Shown: piece by piece, positions 1 to 10,431 of the stretch
How the letters are laid out: each line of letters begins with the position of its first letter
Position numbering within the stretch: the stretch's first letter is position 1
NCBI GenBank assembly: GCA_965263035.1
Contig: OZ253580.1
Coordinates: 3,872,001-3,936,000, forward strand
Direction of reading: 5' to 3'
DNA length: 64,000 bases
Source of the DNA: Acidobacteriota bacterium
GTDB lineage: Bacteria > Acidobacteriota > UBA6911 > RPQK01 > JAJDTT01
The notes under the pieces: generated by a model
The model's input: only the letters and a program-made list of their open reading frames with translations
The model's database searches: none
Told to the model about the DNA's origin: nothing
Translations under genes and position numbers: made by a program

Positions 1-260
1 CATACCCGATCTTCGGCTGGACCGGGGATCCGGAAGAGATTTTCCTGAATCGGGAGCTGTCGGCGCAACTCTACGAGGCCATACAGTCCCTGCCTTTCGC
101 ATATCGGGCGCCGGTCGTGCTCCGGGATATCGACGGATATCCGATTCGGCAGATCGCTTCCCTGTTGGGCCTGAAGGAGGCCACCACCAAGACCAGGATT
201 CATCGAGCTCGCCTCTTCTTGCGGGAGAAGCTGGCTCGCTACCATGACGGGAGGACATGA
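1..260 (+). CDS. ECF RNA polymerase sigma-70 factor, 3' part (5' end outside window)
   Basis: Frame 3 translates to ...LYEAIQSLPFAYRAPVVLRDIDGYPIRQIASLLGLKEATTKTRIHRARLFLREKL..., a typical sigma region 4. Its stop overlaps the next start (ATGA). Confidence 0.9.
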   Translation, partial: YPIFGWTGDPEEIFLNRELSAQLYEAIQSLPFAYRAPVVLRDIDGYPIRQIASLLGLKEATTKTRIHRARLFLREKLARYHDGRT

Positions 261-571
261 AATTCAGAAATCGGCGCTCTGAACTGCTCACGTGCAAGGA
301 GTGCATCCACCTGCTTCTGGACTACGCCGACGGCTCCATGGTCCCCGAGGTCCGGCTTAAACTGGACGAACACCTGTCTGCCTGCCCCCCCTGTCAGCAC
401 TATCTCCGCAGTTACACTTCCTGTACGGAAATGGTCCAACAGCTACGAGACCAAGAGGCGCAAGTTCCCGCGGAACTCCAGGATCGACTCAAGTCGTTTC
501 TGAGGGAACAGGTGAACCTGCCGTGGCCGCAGCCACGCCGCCGCCGGGCAAAGTGGTCCAAGAGAATCTGA
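257..571 (+). CDS. zf-HC2 (ZAS) zinc-binding anti-sigma factor, soluble
   Basis: HLSACPPC (HxxxCxxC) motif preceded by TCKEC; translationally coupled to the ECF sigma; no TM segment. Confidence 0.85.
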   Translation: MKFRNRRSELLTCKECIHLLLDYADGSMVPEVRLKLDEHLSACPPCQHYLRSYTSCTEMVQQLRDQEAQVPAELQDRLKSFLREQVNLPWPQPRRRRAKWSKRI

Positions 572-588
572 TCTAAGAGGCGGCGAGT

Positions 589-1608
589 TCAGAAGGAGAG
601 GCTCTCCACCTCGCGGGCCAGCTTCGAGTCGACGTTGGCTCCGCTGGCAATGAGGCAGACGCTGTCCCAGGACCAGGGTTCGCCGGCTTTCGACTGCCGC
701 CGGAGCTTCAGGGCCGCGGCGAGGGCGGCGGCGCCGGCGCCCTCGGGCAAGGTCCCCGTGACCTCATGGAAGAGGCGCATGGATCGTTTCAGCTCGGTTT
801 CGGAGACCAGGACCATCCGGTCCACCACCTCCAGCATCAGTTCCACGGCTTCGGGGATGGCGACTCGGACCGCCATGCCGCCGGCGAAGGTTTCGGCTGT
901 GGCGGTGTCCGTCGGCCTGCCGTTGGCGAAGGACAAGGCCATGCAGGGTGCCTCTGCCGACTGGACCCCAATGATCTGAACCGCCGGGTTCGCCGCCTTC
1001 AGACTGCTGGCGAGCCCTCCGATCAGAGCGCCGTTTCCGACCGGTACGAAAACCGCCTCCAAGTCGGGCTGTTGGGTGGCCAGCTCCAGCCCTATCGTCG
1101 AAGTTCCCTCGACGATTCGGGCCGACTTCCCATCCTCGATGAAACGATGACCCGGTTCGAAATCTCGTGCCAGCAACAGCTCCTTGCCTTCGTCCAGGTC
1201 ACCTCCCAGCAGTTCCAGATCGGCTCCGAACTCCCGGATCAGCGCCAACTTGCTCTCATCCGCCCCTACGGGGGCCACCACGGTCAGCGCCATCCCGTAC
1301 TGCCGGCAGGCATAGGCCATGGCCGCGCCGTGGTTCCCGGTCGAAACCGTGAACAGTCTGGATATTCCAGGATCGGAAACCAGATCGGCCACCAGGTTCA
1401 GGGCCCCACGGATCTTGAAGGATCGGACCGGACTCTCGTACTCATGCTTGACGTAGACTTTGGTCCCCAGGAGCCGGGACAGGTCATCCTCCAGGGTCAA
1501 ACGAGTCGGCGGCACCCACCGGCGGACCTCTTCCAATGCGGCCAGCGATCGCTCCGGCGACGGTCTCAGCCCGGCCACTTCAGCACCACCTCCGCGTTGA
1601 GTGTTCAC
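589..1608 (-). CDS. PLP-dependent threonine/serine dehydratase family protein (no ACT domain)
   Basis: SFKIRGA PLP-lysine motif, STGNHG, PVGNGAL and EGAGAA motifs. Confidence 0.85.
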   Translation of the reverse strand: MNTQRGGGAEVAGLRPSPERSLAALEEVRRWVPPTRLTLEDDLSRLLGTKVYVKHEYESPVRSFKIRGALNLVADLVSDPGISRLFTVSTGNHGAAMAYACRQYGMALTVVAPVGADESKLALIREFGADLELLGGDLDEGKELLLARDFEPGHRFIEDGKSARIVEGTSTIGLELATQQPDLEAVFVPVGNGALIGGLASSLKAANPAVQIIGVQSAEAPCMALSFANGRPTDTATAETFAGGMAVRVAIPEAVELMLEVVDRMVLVSETELKRSMRLFHEVTGTLPEGAGAAALAAALKLRRQSKAGEPWSWDSVCLIASGANVDSKLAREVESLSF

Positions 1609-1858
1609 GTTGGTCTCGGCCGCGGTTCGCGGATCTGGCCAAATCGGTCAACGCCATCGAAACGAGGAAAAAATTCCGGTTCCAATCCATAGTCCCCTCC
1701 AGTTGCGAAGAGATCGAAGTCATCACGATGCGCCACCATGAAGAAAACCACATGTTTCATCCTCGTTCCAGGGCGTGGCATTGGACAACCTTCGAAGCCG
1801 ATAGTCAAAATGGTAGGGAGTAGTCACCAAAATGTTCCTGAAAGTGAGGAGGTGGGCG

Positions 1859-2512
1859 ATGAGACATCTTATCGGGATCGGCTTGACCGGGATTTTTCTT
1901 TCGGCGCTCCTGTTCGGTCCTGGCGCCTGGGCACAGTTGGCGAGCGACGACTCGGCCACGGGAGGCGTGGACTCGGCCACGGCGACGCTGGCTGGCGGAT
2001 GTTTCTGGTGCGTCGAGGCGGACCTGGAAAAGGTAGACGGCGTCAAGGAGGTGATCTCCGGCTACGCCGGCGGGGCTGAGGTGAATCCGACCTACAAGCA
2101 GGTCTCCGCCGGCAGGACCGGCCACGTCGAGGCGGTGCAGGCCATCTACGATCCCGCGCGCGTGACGTTCAGCCGGTTGCTGGAGGTGTTCTGGAAACAT
2201 GTCGATCCCACCGACGCCGGCGGCCAGTTCGTGGACCGGGGACCCCACTACCGGACGGTCATCTTCTACCAGGACCAGTTGCAACGGAAGCTGGCCGAGG
2301 AATCGAAGAAGCGACTGGAGGAATCCGGCGTGTTCGACGGGCCCATCGTGACCGAGATCCGGGAACTCAATCGATTCTACCGGGCCGAGGAGTATCATCA
2401 GGACTACTACAAGAAGAACTCCTTTCGTTACCGCTACTATCGTTGGAACTCGGGGCGGGATCAGTTCCTGGAACGGGTCTGGAAGGGACACCAGGCAAAA
2501 CTGTCCGAGTAG
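1859..2512 (+). CDS. msrA: Peptide-methionine (S)-S-oxide reductase MsrA, exported
   Basis: GGCFWC, TGHVE and AEEYHQDY motifs; N-terminal signal peptide; AGGAGG RBS upstream of ATG 1859. Confidence 0.93.
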   Translation: MRHLIGIGLTGIFLSALLFGPGAWAQLASDDSATGGVDSATATLAGGCFWCVEADLEKVDGVKEVISGYAGGAEVNPTYKQVSAGRTGHVEAVQAIYDPARVTFSRLLEVFWKHVDPTDAGGQFVDRGPHYRTVIFYQDQLQRKLAEESKKRLEESGVFDGPIVTEIRELNRFYRAEEYHQDYYKKNSFRYRYYRWNSGRDQFLERVWKGHQAKLSE

Positions 2513-2538
2513 GCGGATCGCCATTCTCCTTCCCTGAG

Positions 2539-3720
2539 ATGCGGTTCATCGACGGCATTCCGGTGTGGGGCGATCCCCAGGAGAACGCCGTTCTTCAGAT
2601 GAAGAATTGCGCCGGGGAGGCGGAGAGTTGCGCCCTGATGGCGGACCACCATCTGGGTTATGCCGTTCCCATCGGCGGAGTCGTCGCTTACCAGGGCCGC
2701 GTCAGCCCTTCGGGCGTCGGGTTCGACATCGCCTGCGGCAACAAGGCGGTCCGTCTCGACTGCGATCACGGGGACATCCGGAAGAACATCCCATCCATCA
2801 TGGATGAGATCTGGAAGTCCCTCTCCTTCGGTGTGGGCCGGGTCAACCGGAAGCCCGTCGACCACGACCTCTTCTACGACGATCCGGCCTGGAAGATTCC
2901 GGTGGCGGAGCGCCTGAAACCGGTCGCCAGAAAACAACTGGGCACCATCGGCAGCGGCAACCACTATGTCGACCTCTTCTCGGACGAGCAGGAGCGGATC
3001 TGGGCCGGAGTGCACTTCGGGTCCCGCGGTTTGGGCCACAAGCTGGCCACTTACTTCATCAAGGCCGGGGGCGGCAGGAACGGGATGCACGTGGACCCGG
3101 TGCTGCTGGACGTGGAGACCGAACTGGGGGCCGAATACGTGGCGTGCATGAAGCTGGCGGGCCGCTATGCCTACGCGGGACGGGATTGGGTCTGCGAAAC
3201 GGTCGCTGCCATTCTGGGAGCGGAGGTCCTGGAAGAAGTCCACAATCACCACAATTTCGCCTGGGAAGAAGAGCATGACGGCCGCCGGTTGTGGGTGGTG
3301 CGAAAGGGCGCCACGCCCGCCTTTCCCGGACAGAAAGGGTTCGTCGGGGGTTCCATGGGCGACCGCTCCGTGATCCTGGAAGGAGTCGACTCGAAAGAGA
3401 GCAAGAAAGCCCTCTATTCCACCGTCCACGGCGCCGGCCGGGTCATGTCCCGGACCCGTGCCGCCGGCAAGACCCGATTCAGGAAGGGGAAGCGGGTCCG
3501 CATCTCGGCGGGCGAAATCAGCCGGGACATGATGTTGGCTTGGATCCGCGGCATGGGAGTGGAGCTCCGCGGGGCCGGCCCCGACGAATCTCCCCACTGT
3601 TACAAACGGCTGCCCAATGTCCTGGAAGCGCACCGGGGCACCATCAGGATCCTGCACACGCTCGACCCCATCGGCGTGGCCATGGCCGCCGCGGGCGAGT
3701 TCGACCCCTACCGGGATTGA
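2539..3720 (+). CDS. rtcB: RtcB family RNA 3'-phosphate/5'-OH ligase
   Basis: GFDIACGN, GSGNHY, HFGSRG, HNHHN, RKGAT, HGAGRVMSR and DESPHCYK motifs. Confidence 0.93.
   Translation: MRFIDGIPVWGDPQENAVLQMKNCAGEAESCALMADHHLGYAVPIGGVVAYQGRVSPSGVGFDIACGNKAVRLDCDHGDIRKNIPSIMDEIWKSLSFGVGRVNRKPVDHDLFYDDPAWKIPVAERLKPVARKQLGTIGSGNHYVDLFSDEQERIWAGVHFGSRGLGHKLATYFIKAGGGRNGMHVDPVLLDVETELGAEYVACMKLAGRYAYAGRDWVCETVAAILGAEVLEEVHNHHNFAWEEEHDGRRLWVVRKGATPAFPGQKGFVGGSMGDRSVILEGVDSKESKKALYSTVHGAGRVMSRTRAAGKTRFRKGKRVRISAGEISRDMMLAWIRGMGVELRGAGPDESPHCYKRLPNVLEAHRGTIRILHTLDPIGVAMAAAGEFDPYRD
3562..3720 (+). repeat. Left copy of a 159-bp direct repeat (rtcB 3' end); putative attL
   Basis: Matches 15945-16103 with 11 mismatches by manual codon-wise comparison. 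Confidence 0.9.
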
Positions 3721-3869
3721 ATCGGCGGCTTCATCCGGGACGCCGTCTGCCGGACGTTCCGGTGGAACTCTCCCACCTTGTATTCTTCAGGCCGGGCCGC
3801 CATCGCCTACGCCCCATCCTGATCCGACGAGTTTCGAGACCGGCGTCGGACGACGTGTTACATTTGGGC

Positions 3870-4340
3870 ATGAAACACAGCGAGTTCATGAGCGTCATGT
3901 GGCGGGTGGCGGATCTGGTGCGGGACACCTTCAAGCGCGGTAATTACCTGAACGTCATCCTGGAGCTCACGGTTGTACTCCGTCGGCTCGAATGCGTGCT
4001 GGCTCGCACCAAGCCGAAGGTGTTGGCCGTCCACGCCAAGTACCGGGGCAGGATTGAGAACCTCCGGAGGCAGCTTCGGCGGGACTTGGTGTTCGGGTTC
4101 TACATCACGTCGCGCTACAACTTCGCGAAGCTCCTCGCCGACGCCCCCGAGATCGCTCAGAACCTGCGCCACTACATCGTCGGGTTCGGCGTTAACATGC
4201 GGGAGATGCCGGAGGAGTTCGACTTCGACGACACGGTCTTGAAGTTCGACGAGGCGGGTCTTCCGTTCCAAGTGGTGGAGTGGTTCGGCATTTCGAAGGT
4301 CTTGCCCCCTCCACTCCCGATCTCCAAGCCCACTTACTGA
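3870..4340 (+). pseudogene. hsdM: Truncated, degenerate N-terminal domain of a different type I R-M HsdM
   Basis: MKHSEFMSVMWRVADLVRDTFKRGNYLNVIL...LRRLECVLARTK...FYITSRYNF...NLRHYIVGF resembles HsdM_N; it ends before any methyltransferase motif. Confidence 0.75.
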
Positions 4341-4728
4341 TCCAGCCATGCCCCTCCGAAAATCCCACCTCTACTCCTCGCTCTGGCAGAGTTGCGACCA
4401 ACTGCGCGGCGGCATGGACGCGTCCCAGTACAAGGACTACGTCCTCACGCTGCTGTTCATGAAGTACGTCTCGGACAAGTACGCGGGGAAAGACGATCCC
4501 TATGCCGACATCAACGTGCCGCCCGGGGGAAGCTTCGCCGACATGGTGGCGCTGAAGGGAACCAAGGATATCGGCGATGGGATCAACGTAGCCATCCGCA
4601 AACTCGCTGACGCCAACGGCTATCTGCTTAAGGGCGTGATCGATCAGACCGACTTCCTCGACGAGAGCAAGCTCGGCAAGGGCAAGGAGATGCAGGAGCG
4701 CCTATCGAAGCTCGTGGGGATCTTCTAG

Positions 4729-6799
4729 CCCGAGTTTACCGTATTGGAGATCAGGATAAAGATAAGTTGTTTTTTTGCAAAGAGATAGGGCAGGTGTCCC
4801 GTATGACCTACGGAGCCGCATCAAGGGGTCGGATGGCGTGTTTTTCGAGTCCCAGGACTTCGTACATCGTGCGCTGTTCGTCCGTCATCTGCGAGAGCGT
4901 CGTCCGGAGTTCGGGCTCGCCGCCCTCCTCCCGCGCTGGATACAGCACGTCGACTTCGCGGATCCCGCTGAGCGCGTCCAGCAGCGCGGGGATCGAATCC
5001 TGCACGCCGTGGCGGCTCAGTTCCCGCTGCAGCAGGCCGCACAGCAGCAGCGCCAGCACGCAGCAGAACACATGCACCGCGATCTTCTGGTCCGTCCAGT
5101 GGTATTGTGGCCGGATGGCGATGCAGTTGCTGTCCTTGAGCTGCCGGAAGGCGCTCTCGACATGATGTTGCGCGCGGTAGCCGCGCACCAGCTCGGCGTC
5201 GCTCCAGCCCGCCTGGTCGGTGAACAGCAGGGTCTTGCCCAGTAACGTGCGCTGAAGCTGCTCCCAGGCGCGCCGCTGGAAGCGATAATTCACCTTCGGC
5301 AAGCCGTCCACCTCACGCACCTGAACGGCGAACAGGTCCCGCATGTGCCGGGCCCGCAGCCAGCCGTCGACCTTCTTGCGCGTGCCGGCCAGGCTCGGCT
5401 TGCGTCCCCCCCGGATCTTGCCCTCGCGCCAGCGCCGCAACTGCCACTGCAGGGCGCGCAGGTGCTGGCGCCGCTTAGCGATCTCGCGCAGCAGCGTCCG
5501 ACATTGGGCGTCGAACAGCGCTTGGTTCCAAGTCACCAGCACCGTGCGCTGGACGCCGAACACTTTGGACTCGGTGCGGTAGGAGCGCACGCCGGCCAGC
5601 CCGTCGGCCTCCAGCGAGCGCATCTGGTCCGCAGGCACGGCCAGCAGGTGCGGATGCTGGGTGGGGACCAGCGAGCCGATGAAGTGGAACGGGCTGCGCT
5701 CGACCCAGTCCAAGTTCGGGCGCGAGTTGTTGCCCTTGTCGAAGACCAGGGTGACCGTCTCGGTCCCGGCGGCGATCTCCCGGTAGCGCCGGGCCAAGTC
5801 GGCGGCGAGGCTTTGGAACGTTGGCGCGTCGGGGCGGTTGCCGGGATAGGTGCGATGCAGCAGGGGCAGGCGGAAGTCGGCCGTGACCAGCAGGGCCACG
5901 CCGATGATGCGCAACGACCTGCGGCCCTCCTTGCTGTGACCGCGCTGAGCCAGTTGGGAGCGCTGGTTGAAGGAATTGATGTAGGTAAAGAAGTGGGTGG
6001 CGTCAAACAGCACTTGGCCCAGGTCGAGGCGGAACTCGCGGGTCATGGCGGCAACGATGTCGCGTTCAATGGCGGGTAGGGCGGGGACGGGGACGCGGTG
6101 CATATGGTCCCAGAAGCGCTGGCTGGTGAGCTGGTTGGAGCGCAGGGGGAGCAGGCGGCGCAGGGCGGTGGAGTCGAACCAACGGGCGAGGCTGGCCTTG
6201 GAGCCGGGGGCGAGGCAGCGGTTGAGGACGGCGGCGAGCAAGTAGGTGCCGACGGAGGGACCGGAGCCGCGCTTCGGGAGATGGCGGTCGATGTGCTCGA
6301 CCAACTGCAAGCGGCGGGCGAGGGTAAGCAGGGCGGCCGAGGCCCCGAATTCGCGCACGACCGCCTCGAGCGGCTGGGCGGGGGCGGGGGCGGCGCGGAG
6401 CTTCTCGATGATCTTGTCGGCGCGACCGAGATAGGTCTGGGAGACGATCTTGGGTTTGCCGTCGACGCGCTTGCAGACGCGGGCGTAGTAGTAGGGGCGG
6501 CCCCGGATGATCTTCTTGACGAGGCTGGCCATATATTTAGGTCATACAATAGCGTATGGATCCGACCGATGTCAAGCGAGTTATCCGTAAAAACTTCATT
6601 TATAGATGGAATAATAGTTCTGGAGAAGACCTGACAAATCCCACCATATATTAGGCCATACAAAAATCAATGGGACGAGAGCAAGGGCCTCGGCCGGGCT
6701 GGGTGATAAACCCTTCCTTATCAATAACTTGAATCTGAATCGTCGGTCTGCCCACGCGCTAGGGCAATGCTATGCTGGTGCGAACACGGTAAAGTCGAG
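4729..6799 (-). mobile_element. IS1634-family insertion sequence, 2071 bp, CTAG target duplication
   Basis: Imperfect terminal IRs CCCGAGTTTACCGTATT / AACACGGTAAAGTCGAG; CTAG at 4725-4728 and 6800-6803. Confidence 0.88.
4808..6532 (-). CDS. IS1634-family DDE transposase
   Basis: 574 aa; LFDATHFFTY, GHSKEGR, VFDKGNNS, YRAQHHVESAFRQLK and RPQYHWTDQKI motifs. Confidence 0.88.
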   Translation of the reverse strand: MASLVKKIIRGRPYYYARVCKRVDGKPKIVSQTYLGRADKIIEKLRAAPAPAQPLEAVVREFGASAALLTLARRLQLVEHIDRHLPKRGSGPSVGTYLLAAVLNRCLAPGSKASLARWFDSTALRRLLPLRSNQLTSQRFWDHMHRVPVPALPAIERDIVAAMTREFRLDLGQVLFDATHFFTYINSFNQRSQLAQRGHSKEGRRSLRIIGVALLVTADFRLPLLHRTYPGNRPDAPTFQSLAADLARRYREIAAGTETVTLVFDKGNNSRPNLDWVERSPFHFIGSLVPTQHPHLLAVPADQMRSLEADGLAGVRSYRTESKVFGVQRTVLVTWNQALFDAQCRTLLREIAKRRQHLRALQWQLRRWREGKIRGGRKPSLAGTRKKVDGWLRARHMRDLFAVQVREVDGLPKVNYRFQRRAWEQLQRTLLGKTLLFTDQAGWSDAELVRGYRAQHHVESAFRQLKDSNCIAIRPQYHWTDQKIAVHVFCCVLALLLCGLLQRELSRHGVQDSIPALLDALSGIREVDVLYPAREEGGEPELRTTLSQMTDEQRTMYEVLGLEKHAIRPLDAAP

Positions 6800-8839
6800 C
6801 TAGGGGCTCGATTTTCGCGCCAACCGTGCCCACGGCGACGACCTCCTTGGCGACGCGTATGAGTATCTCATGCGGCACTTCGCGACCCAGTCGGGCAAGA
6901 GCAAGGGACAGTTCTACACCCCGGCTGAAGTCTCCCGCATCATGGCCCAGGTGATCGGGATCGGCCCGGACACCAAGCGGCGCCACACCGTGTACGATCC
7001 GACCTGCGGCTCCGGGTCGCTCCTCATCAAGGCGGCCGACGAGGCGTCGAACGGGCTGACCATCTACGGGCAGGAGATGGACGTCGCGACGTGGATGATG
7101 GCGCGCATTAACATGATCCTTCACGGACGCGTGGCCGCCGAGATCAAACGCGACAACACCCTCGCGGCCCCCCAATTTACGGACGGCCCGGAACGGCTCA
7201 CGCGGTTCGACTTCGCCGTCGCCAATCCCCCGTTCTCAATGAAGGCCTGGTCGAACGGCCTCGATCCGGCCCATGACGAATTCCGCCGCTTCGAGTACGG
7301 CGTCCCTCCGGCCAAGAACGGAGACTATGCCTTCCTGCTGCACCTCATCGCGTCGCTCAACAGCACCGGCAAGGGTGCAATCATCATGCCGCACGGGATC
7401 CTCTTCCGGGGCAACCGCGAGGCCGGCATCCGCCGCAATCTCGTCCAGCGCGGCCTGATCAAGGGAATCATCGGGCTGCCCGCCAACCTCTTCTACGGTA
7501 CCGGAATCCCGGCGTGCATCGTGGTGATCGACAAGGAGAGTGCGGTGGGGCGCCGCGGCATCTTCATGATCGACGCCAGCAAGGCCTTCCGGAAGGACGG
7601 AGCCAGGAACCGGCTTCGGGAACGCGACATTCACCGGATCGTGGATGTCTTCAACGGACAGAAGGAGACACTCGGATACGCGCGTATGGTGCCGCTGGCC
7701 GAGATCGCCAGCGAAGTCAACGACTACAACCTCAACATCCCCCGCTACATCGACTCCAGCGAACCCGAGGAGCTGCACGACCTGAGCGCGCACCTGCACG
7801 GTGGGATCCCGAACCGGGATATCTACGCCCTTGGCGCCTACTGGAAGGTGTTCCCGGCGTTGCGGCATCGGCTCTTCTCGCCGAACGGCCGGGAGGGGTA
7901 CAGCGACGCGCAGGTTCAAGCGGACGAGGTGAGATCAGTCGTCCTCGAACACGAGGAGTTCAAGGTATATGGGGACCGGGTGAGCCGGGTGTTTGATGGC
8001 TGGAGGCAGGAGCATGCGCCGCGCCTTCGGGCGCTTGCGGAAGGCGATTCCCCCAAGGCGCTGATCCGCGACCTATCGGAGGACCTGCTGAGCCGCTTCG
8101 CCGGTCTCCCGCTTCTCGACCGCTACGATGTCTACCAGTGCCTGATGGACTACTGGGACGAGGTCATACAGGACGACGTGTACTTGGTGGTGACGGGGGA
8201 GTGGGCGGACGCCGCGCGGCCTCGTGTGCTGGTGCCGGTTCGGGGCAAGGGTGCCGCGGTGCCGCCCGACCTGAAGGTGAACCGCAAGAAGTACAGGATG
8301 GATCTAGTCCCTCCAGGGCTGGTCGTCGCCCGGCACTTTGCAACGGAGCAGGCCGTCGCCCGGGAGCTGGAGGAGTTTATCGAAGAACATGGCAGTGAAG
8401 ACGGGCTGCTGGACGGCGCGACGACCGATGCTGGGAAGGTGACGCAAGCCGCGGTGAAGAAGCGGCTGAAGGAGGTGGTCGACGATCCTGAAGATCACGA
8501 GGAGCGTGACGCGTTGGAAGTGTGTCTTGAGTTGATCAAGGCGCACGGCGCCTCAAAGAAGGCCGTGAAGGCGGCGCAGACGAATCTGGATGAGAAGGTG
8601 CTCACGCGCTACACGACGCTGACCGCGGTGGAGATCGCCGAGCTCGTGGTTGACGACAAGTGGATAGCGAGCGTCGAGGGCGCGATCGGACGGGAGGTGG
8701 AACGCCTGACGGGTGGGCTGGTGGATCGGGTCAGGGTGCTGGAAAGGCGGTACGCGAAGCCGCTGCCTGAGCTTGCGCGTCAAGTTGGGGAGTTCGGTGC
8801 GAAGGTCGAGGGCCACCTGGAGCGGATGGGATTGTCGGT

Positions 8840-9154
8840 ATGAGCCGGCTATTCGATTTTGAGCGGCTGGTGGAGCTGTGTCATGAGCGCCTCCTCTCCA
8901 AAGTCTCAGTACGGACGATTTCCGCAAATCTGTTGCGGATTTCCAGCAACCGGTCGATTCCGCAGACGGTGTCTGCGGAATCCCGTGAGGCGTCAGAGAT
9001 TCGACAGACGATGCCCGTCGAAACTCTTTCGCCAAGCCCGATGAGTGAGGCACCCAGTCTACTGAAGTTGAGCGAGCAGTTTCTCAAGGAAGGAACGTGT
9101 TCAAACCGCGAGGGTCCGCCAGGAGATCGGAAGAGGCGAGAGGGACACCCATGA
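8840..9154 (+). pseudogene. Possible remnant of a YhcG/DUF1016-type gene
   Basis: Coupled to the hsdM stop. MSRLFDFERLVELCH and the IPQTVSAES/IRQTMPVE segments resemble the variable linker of YhcG-like proteins; no nuclease domain. Confidence 0.35.
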
Positions 9155-10431
9155 ATGTGGGGCAGGCGGTCAGAGATGCCCATGCACCGGAGGGTGCAGG
9201 CAACCCGCCGGATGTCCCGGCGGGGTACAAGCACACTGATGTGGGGGTGATTCCAGAGGATTGGGAGGTGGACAGAATCGATCAACATACGTTCATCAAG
9301 ACTGGCTCAAGGAATACGCAAGACAAGCGAGAGGGTGGAGAGTATCCGTTCTTTGTGCGATCTCAGGAAGTCGAGCGCATCGGCACCTATTCGTACGATG
9401 GCGAAGCCGTGCTGACGGCGGGTGATGGAGTCGGAACCGGAAAGGTGTTCCACTACGTCCGTGGCCGGTTTGACGTCTATCAACGGGTCTATCGGATTTC
9501 CGATTTTTCGGATTGGCTCGATGGGCTCTACTTCTTTTTCCAGTTCAGTGAGAGGTTTTACCGCCGCATCATGTCCATGACAGCGAAGTCTTCCGTCGAT
9601 TCCGTTCGGATGGAGATGATCGCGGGTATGAGGATTCCACTGCCGCCACCCTCCGAACAGCGCGCCATCGCCGCCGTCCTATCCGATGTTGACGAGCTGA
9701 TCGGATCGTTGGAAGCGCTGATCGCCAAGAAGCGGGCCACCAAGAAGGCCGCGATGCAGCAACTTCTGACGGGCAGGACGCGACTCCCGGGATTCAGCGG
9801 GAAATATGAGGCGCGACGGATCAACGAACTCGCTGACGTGGATCCCGAGAATCTACCCAGCGATACAGACCCAGGTTTCTTCTTCAACTACATTTCGCTG
9901 GATCACGTCGATGGTGGTCGACTAATTGGCTATTCAAGGGAGTCATTCGCGACCGCCCCGTCGCGCGCACGACGGGTACTGCGGGCCAGTGATGTACTTA
10001 TGTCAACAGTCCGGCCAGGTTTGCAGGGACACCTGATATTTGTCGACCAAGTGCCCAACGCCGTTTGCTCGACTGGGTTTGCAGTCCTTCGTTCAAAGCG
10101 AGACCGATGCGACCCTCGGTTCTTGTTTGCCCATTTGTTTGGCGATGTAGTGAGCGCTCAAGTGCAGAAGCTCCTTGCTGGCTCGAACTACCCCGCGGTC
10201 AACAGCGGTGATGTTGGCAGGCTTAGGGTCCCCTGTCCTCCTACTCTCCCCGAACAACGAGCCATCGCCACCGTCCTCTTCGACATGGACGCCGAGATCG
10301 TCGCGCTGGAGCGCCGACTCGACAAGACCCGCGCGATCAAGCAGGGGATGATGCAGCAGTTACTCACCGGTTCCATGAGGCTGCCCATCCCCGACGCCAA
10401 TACGGAAGACGACGACGCCCATGACGCCTGA
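9151..10431 (+). CDS. hsdS: Type I R-M specificity subunit HsdS
   Basis: GYKHTDVGVIPEDW start; two TRDs, each followed by PxxxEQRAIA...D...LE..I.K...KxxMMQQLLTG conserved helices. Confidence 0.93.
   Translation: MNVGQAVRDAHAPEGAGNPPDVPAGYKHTDVGVIPEDWEVDRIDQHTFIKTGSRNTQDKREGGEYPFFVRSQEVERIGTYSYDGEAVLTAGDGVGTGKVFHYVRGRFDVYQRVYRISDFSDWLDGLYFFFQFSERFYRRIMSMTAKSSVDSVRMEMIAGMRIPLPPPSEQRAIAAVLSDVDELIGSLEALIAKKRATKKAAMQQLLTGRTRLPGFSGKYEARRINELADVDPENLPSDTDPGFFFNYISLDHVDGGRLIGYSRESFATAPSRARRVLRASDVLMSTVRPGLQGHLIFVDQVPNAVCSTGFAVLRSKRDRCDPRFLFAHLFGDVVSAQVQKLLAGSNYPAVNSGDVGRLRVPCPPTLPEQRAIATVLFDMDAEIVALERRLDKTRAIKQGMMQQLLTGSMRLPIPDANTEDDDAHDA

Larger units (their letters stand above)
4348..8843 (+). pseudogene. 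hsdM: Type I R-M methyltransferase HsdM, interrupted by an IS1634-family element
   Basis: 5' part 4348-4728 (LWQSCDQLRGGMDASQYKDYVL) and 3' part 6804-8843 (GDAYEYLMRHF, GQFYTP, YDPTCGSGSLL, NPPF) join in frame after the IS is removed, with a TAG at the junction. Confidence 0.92.

Noticed and set aside
1605-1808. 67-aa minus-strand ORF upstream of the dehydratase
   Set aside because: No recognisable motif or RBS; lies in a probable divergent promoter region.
4726-4728. Amber recoding (pyrrolysine or alternative code) of the hsdM TAG
   Set aside because: TAG terminates several clear genes here (msrA, hicB, IS3 orfB) and no pyl genes are visible.
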